Positions 58,838-64,000 of a DNA stretch of 64,000 bases are shown here, one piece after another. The translations under genes and the position numbers were made by a program. Source of the DNA: Spizellomyces punctatus DAOM BR117 (lineage: Eukaryota); the NCBI GenBank assembly GCA_000182565.2, contig KQ257454.1; one strand, 5' to 3'. A model generated the notes under the pieces. It saw only the letters and a program-made list of their open reading frames with translations, did not search any database and was not told where the DNA came from. Position 1 is the first letter of the stretch. Each line of letters starts with the position of its first letter.

Positions 58838-60027
58838 ATGACATTCCGCGCATTGCTTGACACTCCTCGTCCTGGTGCCAAGCCATCCAAGGCCTGCTTT
58901 TGGCACATGGAAACAGACGATAGTCAGCGACACAGGGATACGGTGGGAACAGATATTGGTGAAAATAGTGGCCTACGCCAGCGACAAGCAAAGCGGAACG
59001 AGGACGCTGGTGGCCCTTGGTTGGCTTCAAAGACTGGACAGCCACACGACATAGAGCTTGAAGAACGAACTACGGCTACGGATAACGACTTCGAAGCAAT
59101 TCAAGAGGTCAACCATGTGGAGGAGGACGTTGTTGCAGATGAGAGTAACCCAGAGGATGAGAAGCCGGAAGACAACGATGAAGTGGGGACCGCGTCCGCT
59201 GCTCCCGGGGGGTCAACCGTCACAGACGAGAAACTGTGCCGAATATGCTACAGTCCTGCTGAAGATGCAGACGCAGCAGAGTTGGGGCGATTGATATCGC
59301 CCTGTAAATGCAAAGGGACCATGAAGTATGTCCATATAGGTCCGTTTTCCGATCGTACGGGTTGCGTCGAGTAACGTTTGTGTAACCACTTCCATTTGCT
59401 TCTGGCAGGATGTTTGAACGAGTGGCGAAAAGTTAGCAGGAATAGACAAAGCTTCTATGAATGTGATCATTGCCATTATCGGTATAACTTTCGGAGAACA
59501 GCTTGGGCGAAAGTTGTAGTTAATGAAGGTCCGTACGTTTCGCTCGAGAAAGGCTTGGAACGTTTACTCACGCTGCAATTCCGGTTTGAACAGGGGTCGT
59601 GACGCTACTCACGCTGATAATATTCTTCCTTGGCGTCGTGGTTGCTGGTTTTCTCATGAAACTCTTCTTGTTGTACTACGTCCCGTACCCAGATGTCGAC
59701 GACCTGGACGACGAAGACCTTGTGTTCTTCCTCCGCCCATCATCAATATCACTCTGGACGATTGATATACCACACTTGCTCACGGGGCTAGTGCTTGTGG
59801 GTTTACTCGGGTTCTTTCAAATTGTGCTAACATTCTTGACCGGCCCTTGGGGAGGTGTACCACGCATCCGGACTAATCGCGGAGATCAGTCACCCTCCAT
59901 CGTTTTGATGATTTTAGTCGCTATTGGGGTCATCAAAACAATGTGGACAATCTACAAGAGTGTAAGACGGTGGAGTCGGCAACGGCTGGAAATCGTGGAG
60001 ACAGCCATATTAGATGTTAATGAGTGA
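58838..60027 (+). CDS. RING-CH (MARCH-type) membrane E3 ubiquitin ligase (start may be 58907)
   Basis: CRICY...LISPCKCKGTMKYVH|GCLNEWR...CDHCHY, followed by hydrophobic TM segments. Confidence 0.9.
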
Positions 60028-60539
60028 TGGGAGTGTTGGGATGGGAATGCGGTTGATATTTGAGGAAGTAGGTTTACCCATGCTGTCAATAGCAGGTCAT
60101 AGACAGGAATGTAGCGGAATGTGATGGAATTGTAGGCAATATTGAAGTGACTACACTTCTCCAATGAAATTGCGGAGAGCCCTTTGAGACATGATTCCCA
60201 AGACTTGAACACTTGGTGAGCGCAAAGCCAACCTCAAATCACGATAATGTTCTTTATGTCCGCGATGGGTTTCGACTTTGCACGATCATCCATGCGCAAC
60301 TCTTTAGTTTCGGGGGTTGAAGGCAGGTTCGTGGAGTTGTCAGACTCTGCCTCCCATTCCTTGGTGATTTTAGACTTTTGCTTAATTAGTGTCCCTTTTA
60401 TTAGCCTTTTATCCCTGATTGGCACGGGTGTCGGTCGATCACCTCACGCTGGCGGTTTCAAGCCGGGCCGCCTTTGGGAGGTCACCTCATTCCTTTTTCC
60501 ACTAGCCGACTGCACGTTACGCCAGCATCTACCAACGAG

Positions 60540-62065
60540 ATGGCCAACATGACCGGAATCATCATCTCTACGCGTGTCGAGGACACTCTCATTTCCATAG
60601 GCCATGCACTTGGCGAGGTTCTTGGACCATTCTTGGATCCTCTCGAAGCGCAGCTGGTATCTTCCTCTCGTAAACATTTTCCGGTAAGAATGACTAGAAT
60701 TCTGAGTAGATTTTGGGTTGCGCTAACTGTGGTAACTGTGAACCAAAGTCGGTGGCCTCTGCTGCACAGTCATGGCTCGCCCAGCATCGCAGCGTTCACG
60801 CTGCAAAGCTTCCCCTTATGAACCCTTTCCACGTTCTGATAATCGTTCTGGGTTATTTCGCCATGGTTTTTGGCGGCAAGGCGATAATGGCGAGAATGGG
60901 AAAGTTTGAAGCCAAGAAGCTTATGCTGGCCCACAATCTATTCCTGTTGTCGTTGAGCACTTACATGAGCACGGCCATCTTAAGAGAAGCGTGGTTTAGA
61001 GGATACTCAGTGTTTGGAAATCCCGCGGATGAATCAAAGAATGGCTGGCCGGTATGCGTGACCATAGTGTGGTACCATCTTGGGCTGAGGCGGTTCCATA
61101 TATTTAACAGACACATCTCATTAGATGGCGAAACTCATTTGGGTGTAAGTAGATATGCCCGTTGATGCAAATTCAAAGTGGAAACCCCTTATTCTGCTTT
61201 TCATACAAGATTTTATATATCGAAGACCTTTGAATTCGTTGACACGGTACAGCATGGCGGTCAGCTCTCGTCAGATTTGGCGCTTGCTTCTAACATATAA
61301 CATTCTACCCATAGTTTATCATGGTCCTGAAGAAAAACAATCGGCAAATTTCATTCTTGCATGTATACCATCACTTCAGGTGAGTGCCTTTGCATTGCGC
61401 TCATATTTGATGCAAATGCGGCGTGGGTTCTGACCAGTTGCCACCTGTAACTGTAGCATCTTCATCGTCTGGTAAGATTCATGGCACAAAATGCGGGAAG
61501 GAAGACAGCCTGCATGGATTCTCACCAAGCTTCGGTATTCAGGTGGTTAGTCACCTACTGGGCGCCTAATGGCGAAGGTAGGCCGTTTGATGTTTTCATG
61601 GTGGATACTTGCCCGCTCATCCTCGTTTTTCAATATCAAAAGCCTATTTCTCCGCCGCCCTCAATTCTTTCATTCACGTTGTCATGTACGGAAATATGTG
61701 TTCATCTTGTTGAGTTATTTTGACGGACATTCTTCTCACATTTCATTAGGTACGGATACTACTTCTGCATGGGAGCCGGAATCCGTAGTGTTTCTTTTGT
61801 GAAGCGCTACATTACCGCGATGCAGATGACGCAGTTCTGTTGCATGATGGGACAGGCGGTTTACGATATGTTCATCGCAAACTACAGCATTACAGAAAAC
61901 TCGAAAGATGGATTGAAGCCGTATCCGAGCGCGCTTTCCACGCTCCTCTTTTTCTATATGTGGACGATGCTTGGGCTCTTTGCAAACTTTTTTATTCAGG
62001 ACGCGAAGCGCGCCGCTCTGGCTCGCAAGGCTGGGCTTGCTGGGGCTGCCAAGAAAAAGCAGTGA
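60540..62065 (+). CDS. GNS1/SUR4 (ELO) fatty acid elongase, PUFA-elongase-like
   Basis: LPLMNPFHV, HNLFL, FYISKTFEFVDT, QISFLHVYHH, LNSFIHVVMYGYY, YITAMQMTQF, LGLFANFF, C-terminal KKKQ. Confidence 0.92.
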
Positions 62066-62234
62066 CATGCGTTAGATAGGCATAGCGGGATAGTTGCTGA
62101 TATGTAGAAGGGTGAATCTGCTGGAGCGGACTGGCAGAGCAAAATGAATAGACTAGTTTAAACACGGCCAATATTGCGCCAGAGTCTTCTTTGATATTCT
62201 ACCCATCTAACAGATGTAACGGACCGTAAAATCT

Positions 62235-63073
62235 TTACTTCACTAAAGGTCGCACTCCGCTCCCCTTCTCTCCTCCTGGTAGCTTCTCTTGCATCTTACG
62301 CATTTCACGTAAATACGCGGACGCGGTGGCGTCCAACTCACTTGACTCGTCCTTGTGACTCTTTTTTGCATTTGTTTCCTGGTTCTCGTCCTCAGGAGAG
62401 TCCACCGTTGGTCTCTTTCGTTTACCTCTCAGGCGCTAATTTGTGTGTGTCAAGAGTCAAAGTCATGAAGGTCATGATTTGTGTCGGAAGCCGATACAAG
62501 TACTTACAAATGCATTCTCCCAGTCTTTCTTCCTAGAAAGTGAGGGCAGGATAGTGTTATTTTACTATTAGACGCATATAGAACAGGATAGCTCCTCCTG
62601 AACCCAGGCCGGTAGACAAGCCAATACGGAGAAAACTCACTTTTGAATTGCCTCCTGTTGTTTTCTCTTTTCGTCCTGTTCGCTTTGCATTTGTCTAAAT
62701 CGCTCAACAAACGACCCATCATTGCTGTTTATGTTGACAAGCGTTGCGGAATCACGGTGACCATGAAGGGGAGGAATTCTCAAATGTTTAGTCCAATCAG
62801 TTTACCAAAGGCATCGTCTGTATTCTATCCAAAGGCCAAGCGCAGAGTCATATCGACCTCGTTCGCTTGCAGGGATGGGAAGATCCCTGTATCTGAGTTC
62901 GAGGAAATATACGCATCGCACCTGAAAATATTTAGCACGGCAGGCGGTTTCTTTTCGGTTGAAGCGGAAGAAGGGAGATCTTGGCGTTTATCGCTTGGAG
63001 TGTTGCTGGTGGGTGTGGAAGGAGAGTTGGTGTGCAGTGGTGGTGTAGAACTGTCGGTCGTATCTGGTACCAT
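62235..63073 (-). CDS. TRIR/C19orf43-like protein
   Basis: Spliced LNIFS|NDGSFVERFRQMQ, and C-terminus AYLREMRKMQ...VRPLVK*, matching the family's FxNDGSF and terminal RPLVK motifs. Confidence 0.75.
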
Positions 63074-63240
63074 TGCAGAGTGTTCCCTTCAATGTCGGAT
63101 GTCAAGGCTGGGGAAAGCCCTGGGGGCGAAACGACAAGTCTGGCGGTGACGGCTCCAAGGTCACGTGTCATATTTGAGCAGATCCAGTTTTTACTCCATT
63201 TTTGTTTGCATTTGCGCTACCTCCGGCATTTTCACAAAAC

Positions 63241-63902
63241 ATGGGTCAAGGCGGACGAGGAGGTAAAACCAAACCTAAGCGAGGCGGCGGTAAACGCTTC
63301 ACGCCTGCTCGTGTCTTGAGAGATGAAGGGGATGTCTGGAACCAAAACCCCGAAAACGAGGGTTCTGAAGCGTCGTCCCAAGAAGAATCGTCCAGCGAGG
63401 ATGAAATCCAACAGCAACCAAAGCAGCAGCAGAAACCCATCCCCGCTGTACCTGCTAATTCTAAACTTGGTAATACCGATGCACCACATGGTGAAGGAGA
63501 CTCTGACGATCAGGATGATATAACCAACCCCAACCGTAACGTCAAAAGTCATTTGAAAGCAAGCGATCTTGGCGGAGAGAGAGAGTTGAGCAGAAGGGAA
63601 CGGGAGGCCATTGCAAAGGAGCGTGCCAAGGCTGCATTCTGGAAGGCTCAGATGGAAGGAAAGACAGAGCAAGCCCGAGCGGATTTGGCCAGACTTGCTA
63701 TCATCAAGAAGCAGAGAGAGGAAGCTGCAAAGAAGAGGGCCGAGGAGCTAGCTGGTATAGTTCACTGTCCACTGCAGGCTATCAATGTGATTAGTATTGA
63801 TCCCTTTATCACGTAGCAAAAGGCAAAGGCTCCAGCTCAAAAGTCGAATCTCTGAATGCTGGAAAGGGCATCATTTCAAAGTCACTTGGCAAGAAGAATT
63901 AA
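63241..63902 (+). CDS. PDAP1: PDAP1/PP28 family (28 kDa heat- and acid-stable phosphoprotein)
   Basis: [38 protein letters not shown]; one intron. Confidence 0.88.
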
Positions 63903-64000
63903 TGATCCTCTCTCTGTGCGGCGATGCCACCTTGCACTGTTGAAATTTGTTCGGCTGTGCGAATGTATATACATTCTTTGGACTATCTTCGTTGTTGAGA

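Overview
Eukaryotic genomic window, most likely an intron-rich early-diverging (chytrid-like) fungus; the taxon is inferred from short GT-AG introns and the gene set. It has three zones. (1) 1-~11.3 kb: tightly packed, intronless, same-strand ORFs that look like an endogenous DNA virus (Polinton-like virus/virophage/NCLDV-type). They include a mosaic fibre gene, in-frame GC-rich double-hairpin repeats and hairpins at gene ends. The zone is interrupted by an N-gap, a Gypsy LTR remnant and an unusual Ty1/Copia element (3103-8576) that carries a Gypsy-type Gag and a chromodomain after its integrase. (2) ~11.3-37.5 kb: a CpG-depleted nest of LTR retrotransposons. It holds one intact Copia (12060-17250, TSD TGGGA, TG...TA ends), two inverted defective copies with swapped TSDs (a 1.07-kb inversion that splits a chromovirus Gypsy), solo LTRs and decayed fragments. 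(3) ~37.6-64 kb: CpG-rich host genes, namely a secreted Cys-rich protein, METTL3/IME4, VPS41, a LIM-binding (LDB/SEUSS-like) protein, RPL10, TMEM33/POM33, a 2-Cys peroxiredoxin, a RING-CH ligase, a fatty-acid elongase, and TRIR-like and PDAP1-like genes. All family calls are by-eye motif recognition; no database searches were run. Exon boundaries are manual.
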